64,000 nt of DNA from Pelagibacteraceae bacterium AG-422-C23 (GCA_003213695.1 QCMO01000002.1:5287-69286), one strand, 5' to 3'. Shown: positions 42,816 to 52,737, counted from the first letter of the stretch. The notes: generated from the letters alone by a model not told the origin. Numbers and translations: made by a program.

Positions 42816-43559
42816 ATGAAATTAACTAAGATAGAACCAAAATATCTAAAAAAGCATAATCCGAGGGTAGGGTTAATTACATTGGCTAGTGATTTTAGAA
42901 TCGAAAAAGATTTTAATAATGTAATTTATGGTAAGGATATAGATTTATATTGTAACAGAATTAAATGTTACAACCCTTTAACTAATGAAACATTAAAAAA
43001 AATGGCAGAAGATATTCCAAAAGTTACTGAGGATATTTTGCCAGATCAAAATCTGGATTGTGTTGCTTACGGCTGTACATCAGGAACAATTGCTGCAGGG
43101 TATCAATCAATTCATGAGAAAGTTAATTTAGCAAAACCAAACACTAAAGTTACAACACCAATAACATCAGCAATAAATGCACTGAAAAGTTTAAAAATAA
43201 AAAGATTGTCAATTTTTACTCCATATACAGATGAGATTAATCAATCAGTAATTAGTTATTTTAAAAAAGAAAATATAGAAATTGATGAACTTTCTTATTT
43301 TGACATAGCATCAGATTTAGATATTGGTAAAGTTGATCCACAACATGTATTTGATACTCTTACAAAAATAGATTTATCTAAAAGTGATGCTTTGTTTGTT
43401 TCCTGCACTGCGTTACCAATACTCTCGGTAATTAGTGAATTAGAAAAAAAGATAAACAAGGTTGTTCTATCAAGTAACCAAACTTTAATTTGGGACACTC
43501 TTAAGGAAATAAATTATAATAATAAAGTTGAAGGTTATGGCGAATTATTTAATAATTAA
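42816..43559 (+). CDS. Asp/Glu racemase / maleate isomerase family protein, EutA-like
   Basis: RVGLI.LA.D...E.DF, ILPD, YGCTSG, FTPY, FVSCTAL, SSNQ. Confidence 0.8.
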   Translation: MKLTKIEPKYLKKHNPRVGLITLASDFRIEKDFNNVIYGKDIDLYCNRIKCYNPLTNETLKKMAEDIPKVTEDILPDQNLDCVAYGCTSGTIAAGYQSIHEKVNLAKPNTKVTTPITSAINALKSLKIKRLSIFTPYTDEINQSVISYFKKENIEIDELSYFDIASDLDIGKVDPQHVFDTLTKIDLSKSDALFVSCTALPILSVISELEKKINKVVLSSNQTLIWDTLKEINYNNKVEGYGELFNN

Positions 43560-43562
43560 ATC

Positions 43563-44732
43563 ATGAATTTTACTAATGAAGAATACAAATCAAGATTAAA
43601 AAAAGTTCAGGCTTCAATGCAAAAAAAAGGTATTGAACTTTTAATTTCACAAGATCCTTCTAATATGAATTATTTAACTGGTTATGATGCGTGGTCATTT
43701 TATTACGCCCAATGTGTAATAGTTCATGCAAATGCAGATGAACCAATTTGTTTTGTTAGAAATCAAGATGCAGGAGGTGCCTATATTAAAACTTATCTAA
43801 GGGATGAAAATATAATTAAGTATCATGAAAAATATATTCATACGTGGCCCCTTCATCCTTATGATGCACTTGTAGATCTAATTAAGGAAAGAAAGTGGGA
43901 TAAACTTTCCATAGGATTAGAAATGGATAGCCATTATTTCACAGCTTATTGTTATGAAAAAATCAAACAAGGTTTACCTAATGCTAAAGTTTTAGATTGT
44001 GAAAGATTAGTCAATTGGGTGCGAGTTGTTAAATCAGATGCTGAAATAAAGTTTATGAAAGCAGCAGCCAAAATTACCGAATTAGGAATGAGAAAAGCTT
44101 TTGATGCTATTAGTCCTGGAGTAAGACAGTGCGATGCAGTTTCAGAAATTTATACTACACTAATAAAAGGAACACCTGAATTTGGAGGCGATTATTCATC
44201 TATAGTCCCAATGATACCAACAGGAAAAGGTACATCGGCATCACACTTAACTTGGTCAGAAGATAAATTTGTAGAAGGGGAAGCAACAATTATTGAATTA
44301 TCTGGAGTAAACAAAAAATATCATTGTCCGATGGCTCGAACTGTTTTACTTGGCAAACCAGATCAAAAAAAAGTTGATACTATGAAAAAAACTATTGAAG
44401 CTCTTCAAGCTGGTATTGATTTAGTCAAAGCAGGCAACACTGCAGATGATGTTGCCCAAGCTTTTTGGAAAGTATTAGATAAATATGGAATTGAAAAAAC
44501 TTCCAGAACTGGATATTCGATTGGCATAGGTTACCCACCCGATTGGGGAGAGCATACTTTAAATATATCAAAAGGTGATATGACAGTATTACAACCCAAC
44601 GTTACTTTTCATATGATTGCTGTAATGCAATTTGGAAATTGGGGAGTAGAGGCTTCTGAAGCAATTAGGGTAACAGACAAAGGTTCTGAACTATTTTGTA
44701 ATTTTTCTAAAGAACTTCATATTAAAAGCTAG
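43563..44732 (+). CDS. doeA: M24-family ectoine hydrolase-like protein (DoeA/EutD)
   Basis: DPSNM.YLTGYD.WSFY, LVNW.R.VKS, YHCP.ART, GY.IG..YPPDWGE. Confidence 0.72.
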   Translation: MNFTNEEYKSRLKKVQASMQKKGIELLISQDPSNMNYLTGYDAWSFYYAQCVIVHANADEPICFVRNQDAGGAYIKTYLRDENIIKYHEKYIHTWPLHPYDALVDLIKERKWDKLSIGLEMDSHYFTAYCYEKIKQGLPNAKVLDCERLVNWVRVVKSDAEIKFMKAAAKITELGMRKAFDAISPGVRQCDAVSEIYTTLIKGTPEFGGDYSSIVPMIPTGKGTSASHLTWSEDKFVEGEATIIELSGVNKKYHCPMARTVLLGKPDQKKVDTMKKTIEALQAGIDLVKAGNTADDVAQAFWKVLDKYGIEKTSRTGYSIGIGYPPDWGEHTLNISKGDMTVLQPNVTFHMIAVMQFGNWGVEASEAIRVTDKGSELFCNFSKELHIKS

Positions 44733-44788
44733 ATATTAGGGGTTGATATTTATTACTACAAATGTTTTAAATTCATTAATTTATTTCA

Positions 44789-45868
44789 ATGAACAAAGAA
44801 TTTGTCAAATTTGATAAGGTAGATAAAAGTTACGACGGTAAGACCTTAGTAGTAAAAGATCTTCAATTAGATATTGAAGAAGGGGAATTTGTTACAATGT
44901 TAGGACCTTCTGGTTCGGGTAAAACCACTTGTCTAATGATGTTAGCAGGATTTGAAACACCAACACACGGTGAAATTTATTTAGATGGAAGAGCAATATC
45001 AAGTATTCCACCTCATAAAAGAGGTATTGGAATGGTGTTCCAAAACTATGCTTTGTTCCCACATATGACAGTTTATGAAAATTTAGCATTTCCATTAAGA
45101 GTTAGAAAAATTCCTAAAGATGAAGCAGATAAAAAAATTGATAAAGCACTCTCAATGGTATCTCTCCAAGGGTTTGCAGATAGGATGCCAGGACAATTAT
45201 CAGGTGGACAGCAACAAAGAGTAGCAGTTGCAAGATCTTTAGTATTTGATCCACAATTAGTTTTAATGGATGAGCCTTTGGGAGCCTTGGATAAAAATTT
45301 AAGAGAAAGCATGCAATATGAAATCAAACACATACATGAAAGTATTGGGGTTACAGTTGTTTATGTTACTCACGATCAAAGTGAAGCTTTAACAATGTCA
45401 AATAGAATAGCAGTATTTAATGATGGAAAAGTTCAACAGCTTTCAAGTCCTGATGAATTATATGAAAAGCCTGTGAACTCATTTGTAGCTGAATTTATAG
45501 GAGAGAATAATACTTTTGCTGGAGAAGTATCTGATATTTCAGGTGGAAAGTGTAAAGTAAAAATAGCTAATACAGAAATATTAGCAAATCCTATTTCTGT
45601 TAAAGGTAAAGGAGAAAAAACAAAAATTTCTTTAAGACCTGAGAGGGCTTTGATTAATCCAAGTGATAAAATGGACAACATTCACTCAGGAAAAATTGAA
45701 GAAGTTATATATCACGGGGACCATACTAGAGTTAGAATTAATATTTTAGGAAATAACCAATTTATTTTAAAAGTTCCAAACAGCTCAGCCAATATGGATA
45801 TTAAGCTTGGCAAAGATATCAAGATAGGCTGGAACAGTGAAGACGCAAGAGCTCTAGATCCCAAGTAA
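44789..45868 (+). CDS. PotA-family ABC ATPase
   Basis: GPSGSGKTT, LSGGQQQR, MDEPLGALD, VTHDQ, C-terminal TOBE. Confidence 0.9.
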   Translation: MNKEFVKFDKVDKSYDGKTLVVKDLQLDIEEGEFVTMLGPSGSGKTTCLMMLAGFETPTHGEIYLDGRAISSIPPHKRGIGMVFQNYALFPHMTVYENLAFPLRVRKIPKDEADKKIDKALSMVSLQGFADRMPGQLSGGQQQRVAVARSLVFDPQLVLMDEPLGALDKNLRESMQYEIKHIHESIGVTVVYVTHDQSEALTMSNRIAVFNDGKVQQLSSPDELYEKPVNSFVAEFIGENNTFAGEVSDISGGKCKVKIANTEILANPISVKGKGEKTKISLRPERALINPSDKMDNIHSGKIEEVIYHGDHTRVRINILGNNQFILKVPNSSANMDIKLGKDIKIGWNSEDARALDPK

Positions 45869-45971
45869 TATTCATTAAATATATCATTAAATTAGTTAAA
45901 ATGGGCTGTTGACTCTCATTATCTATCTTGTTGTAATCTGTTTTTTAAAAAAACGTTTAAACGGAGGAAAA

Positions 45972-47093
45972 ATGAAGACAATTAGTAAATTATTACTAGC
46001 CATTTCTTTTGCTATCTCTGTAACTACTTCAGCATTTGCAGTAACTGCAGTGTCTTGGGGTGGAGCTTACACAGAGTCTCAAAAGTTAGGTTATGGTGAT
46101 CCTACGGGTAAGAAACTTGGTATTACAATTAACTGGGTTGACTATTCAGGTGGATTATCTGAGATCAAAGCACAAAAAGAGGCTGGCAAAATTACGTGGG
46201 ATATAATCGACGTATTTGCTATGGATACTATCAATGGATGTGATGAAGGATTATTTGTTGAATTTGATTTTGACAAAGACTTCCCACCTGCACCAGATGG
46301 AACTCCTGCAAGTAAAGACTTCTTTACTTCTATGCCAAGTAAATGTGCTGTAGGAAATATTTTATATTCTTGGAACTATGCTTATAATGTGAACAACGTT
46401 AAAGGTACTCCAAAAACTATCAAAGATTTCTTTAACACAAAAAAATTCCCTGGAAAAAGAGCTATTTACAAAAGCGCTTTAACTAATTTAGAGATCGCTT
46501 TAGCTGCAGATGGTATCAAACCAGGTAAAGGTGGAGCAAAAATCTACAAGGCTTTAAACACTGAGAAAGGTGTTGAAAGAGCTATGAACAAGATCAAAGA
46601 GTTATGTACAGATCCAAAAGGTGGATGTGTATTTTGGTCTGCAGGTGCTCAACCACCAGAATTATTAGTTTCAGGTGAAGTTGTAATGGCTACAGGTTGG
46701 AATGGTAGATTCTTTAACGCAGAAGTTGGAGAAGGTGCACCAATCAAACAAGTATGGGATGGACAAGGTCTTGACTACGAGTACTTCGTACAAGTTAAGG
46801 GTGGACCAAACGATGCTAATGGTATGGCCAAAAAAGCTTTAGCTATGATGACTAGTACAGAGATGTTAGCAGGAAGTGCGAAATACATCGCATACGCTCC
46901 TTGGAGAAAATCTTCTATAGCAATTATGGAAGCAGGGGAGCCTTGGTATAAAGATGGTAAAACTAATATGGTACCACAAATGCCAACTGCACCACAAAAC
47001 ACTAAAAACTATTTCTTAGTTGACCCAATTTTCTGGGCTGACAATGGAACAGAGCTTGGTGAGAAGTGGGAAGCTATGAAAGCTGGTCTATAA
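45972..47093 (+). CDS. PotD-family substrate-binding protein
   Basis: GGAGG RBS, signal peptide, VSWGGAY, DFF..KKFPGKR, LEIALAADG, GWNGR. Confidence 0.87.
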   Translation: MKTISKLLLAISFAISVTTSAFAVTAVSWGGAYTESQKLGYGDPTGKKLGITINWVDYSGGLSEIKAQKEAGKITWDIIDVFAMDTINGCDEGLFVEFDFDKDFPPAPDGTPASKDFFTSMPSKCAVGNILYSWNYAYNVNNVKGTPKTIKDFFNTKKFPGKRAIYKSALTNLEIALAADGIKPGKGGAKIYKALNTEKGVERAMNKIKELCTDPKGGCVFWSAGAQPPELLVSGEVVMATGWNGRFFNAEVGEGAPIKQVWDGQGLDYEYFVQVKGGPNDANGMAKKALAMMTSTEMLAGSAKYIAYAPWRKSSIAIMEAGEPWYKDGKTNMVPQMPTAPQNTKNYFLVDPIFWADNGTELGEKWEAMKAGL

Positions 47094-47130
47094 TTTAAGT
47101 TTTATTAAACTTAATTATATAATATAATTT

Positions 47131-47162
47131 AAGGGCGGTTATTTAATAACCGCCCTTTTTTA
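47131..47162 (+). terminator. Hairpin after SBP gene
   Basis: AAGGGCGGTTAT-TTA-ATAACCGCCCTT plus T run. Confidence 0.85.
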
Positions 47163-47164
47163 TT

Positions 47165-47425
47165 ATGAGCTCAGAAACAAAACAAATTTTAACAACTGAC
47201 GGTATTCCTTTAGAGGTAAGTCTAAAGAAAGCTGAGAGAAGAAATAAAATAAAAGCTTTCTTACTAGTTGCTCCATTACTATTATTTTTAATTATCACTT
47301 ATGTGTTTCCTATTGGTGACATGCTTTTGAGAAGTGTTGATGATAAAATGGTAACTGAAATGCTTCCCAAAACATTTAAAGCGATGGAAAAGTGGGATGG
47401 AAAGAATTTTACCCTATTCTCTTAG
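47165..47425 (+). pseudogene. Truncated PotB-like ABC permease (first ~80 aa only)
   Basis: Only the first TM (LLVAPLLLFLIITYVFPI) is present; no EAA loop; the sequence switches to another gene near 47410. Confidence 0.75.
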
Positions 47426-48065
47426 ATATGAAGTTGAATATGATAAAAAAGATTTATTAGAATTTTCACAAAAAATCGAAAGTATTCCTGGTGTTGAAAT
47501 CCTTTCTATGGGTAAATCTTTAGAGGTAATTAAAGATTTAGGAAATGCCAAGATGGTTTGTGACAGATATAATTTGGATAAAGTTGTTGGAACGCATGCT
47601 ATTGGTCATGCTAGAATGGCAACTGAGTCTGGTGTAGATATTAAGTCAGCTCACCCTTTTTGGGGATATCCTTTTAGCGATGTATCTGTAGTCCACAATG
47701 GCCAACTTACAAATTATTGGAACAATAGAAGAGCTTTAGAGAACAAAGGTATGAGATTTATGTCTGAATGTGATTCAGAATTAATAGCTGTTTATATTGC
47801 TCAAAGAATGAGGGAAGGTGCAACACTTGAAGAAGGTATGAAAGAATCTTTATCTGGTTTAGATGGAGTTTTTACTTATTTTGTAGCAACAAAAGACTCA
47901 TTGGGTATGGCAAAAGATACTATGGCGGCAAAACCTTTGGTTCTTTATGAGTCAGATGATTTAGTAGCAATGGGATCAGAAGAAATAGCAATCAGATCAA
48001 TTTTACCACAAGAAATTGATACTTATGATCCGTTTGATGGGGAGGTAAAAGTATGGCAAATCTAA
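47397..48065 (+). pseudogene. glxB: N-terminally truncated class II glutamine amidotransferase, N-methylglutamate synthase subunit A (GlxB/MgsA)
   Basis: IGHARMATES, SAHPF, VHNG, ECDSE present; the N-terminal MCG nucleophile is absent. Confidence 0.75.
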
Positions 48066-48907
48066 AAACTACTGAGAAAAAAACAAAAGCTCAAGCAATG
48101 GGTATGCACACCGAAGTTTTAACAGGAAGAACTCAACAGAAGTTTTTTAATCCTGATGAGGCTGAAAACTTTTATTATTTTGGAACTTATGATGTGGATT
48201 TCAATAAAAGAACTGATCTTGATGTTAAAGATATGACAGCAGCAGAAGCTAATAAAAAAATAGATGGTTTAATGAGTGAGGGTTATGGAACAATTGTTAT
48301 TAAAAACCCACAAGGAAAACATAGCTTGGGGGTTGGAATTTTAAATAAATTAAATTTAATTTTTGAAGGTAGTTTGGGATATTTTGGTATGGGATCTTGT
48401 GATGGACCTATTGTAAGAATCAATGGAAGAGTTGGTTGGTCATGTGCTGAAAACTTAATGGCAGGAAAAGTAGTTATTGAGAAAAATGCAGGATCTTGTT
48501 TTGGCGCTGCTATTAGAGGTGGAGATTTAATATGTAAAGGAAGTGTCGGTGCTAGAACTGGTATTGATATGAAAGGTGGAACGATAATTATAGGTGGAGA
48601 TGCCGGTGCTTTTACAGGATTTATGATGCAAAGAGGTAGAATCATTATTTTAGGGGATGTTGGAATTAACCTTGGTGACTCTATGTATGATGGGACAATT
48701 TTCGTAGGTGGAGAAATTGGATCATATGGTAGTGATGCTGTAGATGCTGAGCTTACAAAAAGTGACCAAGATTGGCTTAAAAGGAAACTTAAAGTTGCTG
48801 AAATTGGTGAAAATTTTGATGTTAGTAAAATGAAAAAAATAGTAGCAGGTAAAAAACTTTGGAATTATGACAACTTAGAACCTACTGAGAAAAAAGGAGC
48901 AATCTAA
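48053..48907 (+). CDS. glxC: GXGXG-domain protein, N-methylglutamate synthase subunit B (GlxC/MgsB)
   Basis: NP.GKHSL.VG, G..G...AEN.M.G, MKGG.I, FMMQ.G, GDSMY. Confidence 0.82.
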   Translation: MANLKTTEKKTKAQAMGMHTEVLTGRTQQKFFNPDEAENFYYFGTYDVDFNKRTDLDVKDMTAAEANKKIDGLMSEGYGTIVIKNPQGKHSLGVGILNKLNLIFEGSLGYFGMGSCDGPIVRINGRVGWSCAENLMAGKVVIEKNAGSCFGAAIRGGDLICKGSVGARTGIDMKGGTIIIGGDAGAFTGFMMQRGRIIILGDVGINLGDSMYDGTIFVGGEIGSYGSDAVDAELTKSDQDWLKRKLKVAEIGENFDVSKMKKIVAGKKLWNYDNLEPTEKKGAI

Positions 48908-50316
48908 TGGCAAAAAGAAAAATAAAAAAGAAATCAAATGGTAAAGGTGTTGGTGGAAAAGCAGATGTTCATGCACACGAAGAAGGTAAAAGAAACAAAA
49001 GCTTACTTGGACACAACGCTATTTTTACTCCTGAAGTAATAGACGATATTCATATCAAGTCACAATTAGGAAGATATAGAATGCGTGGAATGGCATTAAT
49101 GAAAAAAATTCCTACTTTTGATGATTTAGTATTCTTGCCAGGAACTCTTACAAGATTTGTAATCGAAGGTTATAGAGAAAAGTGTGAAACAAAAACCGTA
49201 ATTGGTCCAAGATGTGAAAACCCAATTGAACTAGATATTCCTGTTTATATTACTGGTATGAGTTTTGGTGCATTGTCTTATGAAGCTAAAACTGCTTTAG
49301 CAAGAGGAGCTACGATGGCAGGAAGCGCGACGTGTTCAGGTGAAGGTGGAATGATACCTGATGAAAGAAGATATTCTGAAAAATGGTACTACCAATGTAT
49401 TCAATCTAGATATGGATTTAATCCTCATCACGCTCAGTTAGCTGATGGTATTGAAGTATTTATTGGTCAAGGACAAAAAGTTGGAATGGGTGGACACTTA
49501 ATGGGTCAAAAAGTTACTGATCAAGTTGCTGAAATGAGATCATTACCTTCTGGTATTGATCAAAGATCGCCTGCAAGACATCCTGACTGGTTAGGTCCTG
49601 ATGATTTGGCTTTAAAAGTTGAAGAATTAAGACAACTAACAAAAAATAAAGTTCCTATACAATTAAAACTTGGGGCATCAAAAGTTTATGATGATGTTCG
49701 TATGGCTGCAAAATGTGATCCAGATTCTATTTATTTAGATGGTATGGAAGGATCTACTGGAGCAGGTCCACACATTGCTGCTGCTAATACTGGTATTCCA
49801 GGAATTGCAGCAATCAGAGAGGCAAGGAGAGCAATTGATGATGTAGGTAAAACTGGAAAAGTAACTCTAATTTACGCTGGAGGTGTCAGAGATGGTGCAG
49901 ATATGGCAAAAGCTTTGGCATTGGGTGCTGATGCTATTGCAATTGGTACTGGATCAATGATAGCTTTAAATTGCAATAAAGATATTCCTGAAGCTAATTT
50001 TGAAAAAGAAATGGGAGTTAAAGCTGGTGAATGTTACCACTGTCATACTGGAAGATGTCCAGTTGGTGTTGCTACACAAGATCCAAAATTAAGAGCAAGG
50101 CTAAACCCTGATGATGCTGCATTAAGAGTATATAATTATTTACACTCAATGACTTTAGAGGCGCAACTTCTAGCTAGAGCATGTGGTAAAACAAATATCC
50201 ATTCTTTAGAACCAGAAGATTTAGCTGCGTTAACATCAGAAGCATCTGCTTTAGCAAAAGTACCTCTAGCAGGAACAAATTATACTGTTGGAGTAGATAA
50301 CTTTCACAAAATATAG
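48907..50316 (+). CDS. glxD: FMN-binding glutamate-synthase-like protein, N-methylglutamate synthase subunit C (GlxD/MgsC)
   Basis: GMSFGALS, GEGGM, DQRSP.RHPDW.GPDDL, CYHCHTGRCPVGVATQDP. Confidence 0.87.
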   Translation: MAKRKIKKKSNGKGVGGKADVHAHEEGKRNKSLLGHNAIFTPEVIDDIHIKSQLGRYRMRGMALMKKIPTFDDLVFLPGTLTRFVIEGYREKCETKTVIGPRCENPIELDIPVYITGMSFGALSYEAKTALARGATMAGSATCSGEGGMIPDERRYSEKWYYQCIQSRYGFNPHHAQLADGIEVFIGQGQKVGMGGHLMGQKVTDQVAEMRSLPSGIDQRSPARHPDWLGPDDLALKVEELRQLTKNKVPIQLKLGASKVYDDVRMAAKCDPDSIYLDGMEGSTGAGPHIAAANTGIPGIAAIREARRAIDDVGKTGKVTLIYAGGVRDGADMAKALALGADAIAIGTGSMIALNCNKDIPEANFEKEMGVKAGECYHCHTGRCPVGVATQDPKLRARLNPDDAALRVYNYLHSMTLEAQLLARACGKTNIHSLEPEDLAALTSEASALAKVPLAGTNYTVGVDNFHKI

Positions 50317-50324
50317 AGGCAAGA

Positions 50325-50732
50325 ATGGCTAAGAAAAAAACTAAAAGTAAACCAAAAAAAGAAAAGAAAATGAAGCTTGGTACTTTTAAAGAAACTGCTA
50401 GAGAAAAATTAATCGGTCAACATATTGGTTATAGATATGATGTAAATTTACTTCCTGATTATAAAAAAATAACTCCATTCCTTAAAAAATATGTTGAAGC
50501 TATGGGTTGGGATGATTTAAATTGGCTTGAAGATGTTCATATGGGTTATGAAGAAGGAAGACCCGCAGTGTTTTGTAGAAATGCAAATGGTTGGGTAACA
50601 ATTCCAAAATCTATTAAATTACCTGACAATCAACAAGATAGAGACATGATAGCAAGAGAGCTTTTAGTTAAATTTCAAATGTCTCCAAAACATCCTCTTG
50701 TTGATTTAAAAAAAGCTTATCTAAAATTTTAG
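50325..50732 (+). CDS. Hypothetical protein in mgs operon
   Basis: 135 aa, GAGG RBS, 8 bp after glxD. Confidence 0.75.
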   Translation: MAKKKTKSKPKKEKKMKLGTFKETAREKLIGQHIGYRYDVNLLPDYKKITPFLKKYVEAMGWDDLNWLEDVHMGYEEGRPAVFCRNANGWVTIPKSIKLPDNQQDRDMIARELLVKFQMSPKHPLVDLKKAYLKF

Positions 50733-50859
50733 TTACACAATCTAAAGTTGATTTTTTTTTAAAACCTATTGTCAATATTGGTTTTTTTATAACTGTTTCA
50801 TTTGTCACACCTCTCTAAATTTTATAGGGTTTTGAAAACTAAATAAGGAGAAAGAGAAT

Positions 50860-52260
50860 ATGACTGATCAGTTAGGTGCTCTTACTACTATATTTACAGA
50901 ATTTTACTACTGGGTAACAGTGGTACTGATGTTTTTAATTCACGTCGGTTTCTGTATGTATGAAGTTGGAGCTTCTCGATACAAACACCATCAACATACT
51001 CTTATGAAAAATACAATGCTGATACCATTGGTAACAGTAACTTGGTTTTTCTTTGGTTGGTGGATTTACTGGGCATTCCCAACAGGACCGGGAATTGCAC
51101 CTTCAATAATGAATGAAAGCACAGCTTTAATTACCGATGAAAGTACTTTTAGTGCTAGATGGTATACGGCTGCTAGTGAATACATGGCAATTAATTTAGG
51201 AGATCATATCTCTGGTGTATTCTGGGCTGCTTTCTTACTATTCTCATGGACAGCCGCTTCTATTGTTTCAGGAGCGATTATCGAAAGAATAACAACCTTT
51301 GCATTTGGTATTTTAGCAATTGCTATTGGTTCTTGTTTTTGGGTAATTGATGCTGCTTGGGGATGGCACTTTGATGGATGGATGCTCAAAATTTTAGGAT
51401 ACCATGATGCTTATGCATCAGGAGTAATTCACGCAATTGCAGGTGGATTTGCTTTAGGTGTTCTTATGGTTTTGGGACCAAGAATTGGTAAGTTTTCATC
51501 TAGCGGTGAACCAAGAAATATAGGACCAAGAAACCCTTGGCTAGTTACGGTTGGATTATTTTTAATTTATACTGGTTTCTGGGGATTCTATGCGGCATGT
51601 AATATACCGATATTTGATCTTGGACCTGAATACGGAATGGAAGGTGTAACATACTTTACAGCTACAAACATATACGTAACCCCTACTACACTTAGTGGTA
51701 TTACTTTTAACTTCTTGATGTCATTATCAGGTGGATTATTAGCCGGTTATTGGATTGCTAAAGGTGATCCTTTCTGGACATACTCAAGTGGACTAGCAGG
51801 TATCATATGTGCTTCAGCTGGAAATGATTTATATCATCCAATTCAAGCAATGATCATTGGTATGATCGGTGTTGTGATTGCATACAAACTACATTACTGG
51901 GTTGAACGTAAGTTCAAAATTGATGATGCGGTTGGTGCAGTAGCAGTACATGGTTATGCTGGATTTGTTGGTCTAGTAATATGTGGTTTTGTTTTAAATG
52001 GTTATCCATCATCTGGTTACAGTGTTGGAGCTATGTGGGACGGAACAACTTATGCTGCAATTAACCCATTAGGACAATTCCTAGGAGCAATAATAATGTT
52101 CGTAGTTCTTGGACTAATACCAGGTTATGTCATAGCTAAAGTTCTTCATGCGATGGGTAAATTAAGAATTCCACGTGATGTTGAAATAGCTGGACTTGAC
52201 TATGAAATGATGGAATCTGCTAAGAAAGATGAAAGAGCAGTTTCATCCGCAACCAGGTAA
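50860..52260 (+). CDS. Amt-family transporter (divergent)
   Basis: GF.MYE.G, KN, IVSGAI.ER, twin His (VIHAIAG; DDAVGAVAVHG), LGPRIG; AAGGAG RBS. Confidence 0.88.
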   Translation: MTDQLGALTTIFTEFYYWVTVVLMFLIHVGFCMYEVGASRYKHHQHTLMKNTMLIPLVTVTWFFFGWWIYWAFPTGPGIAPSIMNESTALITDESTFSARWYTAASEYMAINLGDHISGVFWAAFLLFSWTAASIVSGAIIERITTFAFGILAIAIGSCFWVIDAAWGWHFDGWMLKILGYHDAYASGVIHAIAGGFALGVLMVLGPRIGKFSSSGEPRNIGPRNPWLVTVGLFLIYTGFWGFYAACNIPIFDLGPEYGMEGVTYFTATNIYVTPTTLSGITFNFLMSLSGGLLAGYWIAKGDPFWTYSSGLAGIICASAGNDLYHPIQAMIIGMIGVVIAYKLHYWVERKFKIDDAVGAVAVHGYAGFVGLVICGFVLNGYPSSGYSVGAMWDGTTYAAINPLGQFLGAIIMFVVLGLIPGYVIAKVLHAMGKLRIPRDVEIAGLDYEMMESAKKDERAVSSATR

Positions 52261-52272
52261 AGGAGAAACAAT

Positions 52273-52503
52273 ATGGCAAACGTTACAAATTGGATCGATC
52301 ACCTGAACAAACCAGCAGAAGAAGTTGTTGGTGCTGTTTATCCTGGTGCTGGCGGTTCAGAAATGACACTAGTTATAATTGGTGTTGTTTTATGGTTAGG
52401 TTGGCATGTCTTGACTGCAAGATCTGAAAGTGAAGAACTTTCAAGATTGTCAAGAAAAAGACATGGTCCTAATGATCATAAAAGCAATGTTACCGAATGG
52501 TAA
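52273..52503 (+). CDS. 76-aa single-TM protein downstream of amt
   Basis: AGGAG RBS; YPG...LVIIGVVLWLGWH; followed by terminator. Confidence 0.8.
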   Translation: MANVTNWIDHLNKPAEEVVGAVYPGAGGSEMTLVIIGVVLWLGWHVLTARSESEELSRLSRKRHGPNDHKSNVTEW

Positions 52504-52518
52504 TTTAAAATAAAATTT

Positions 52519-52548
52519 GGGCGCTACTTAGCTGTGGCGCCCTTTTTT
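52519..52548 (+). terminator. Intrinsic terminator of amt operon
   Basis: GGGCGCTAC-TTAGCT-GTGGCGCCC plus TTTTTT. Confidence 0.85.
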
Positions 52549-52564
52549 AATCTTTAATCAAAAA

Positions 52565-52720
52565 ATGCCTGAAGAAAATAATAACGAAGAATTAAGACCA
52601 ACCAAAATGCGTGGGGTTGCATTTCCTAAAGCAAAATATGGAGTTATATTAGCAGTGATTATAATTATTGTTGTTAACCTAATATATTATAAAGAAACAA
52701 TTTTTTCTTTTTTTAAATAA
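52565..52720 (+). CDS. Putative 51-aa single-TM protein
   Basis: MPEENNNEELRPTKMRGVAFPKAKYGVILAVIIIIVVNLIYYKETIFSFFK; fills the gap before glnT. Confidence 0.6.
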   Translation: MPEENNNEELRPTKMRGVAFPKAKYGVILAVIIIIVVNLIYYKETIFSFFK

Positions 52721-52737
52721 CTGTGTTAATTTAATTT

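Noticed and set aside
50761-50790. Inverted repeat AAAACCTATTGTCAATATTGGTTTT upstream of amt as an operator
   Set aside because: Imperfect, AT-rich and seen only once; could be chance or simply a -35 element
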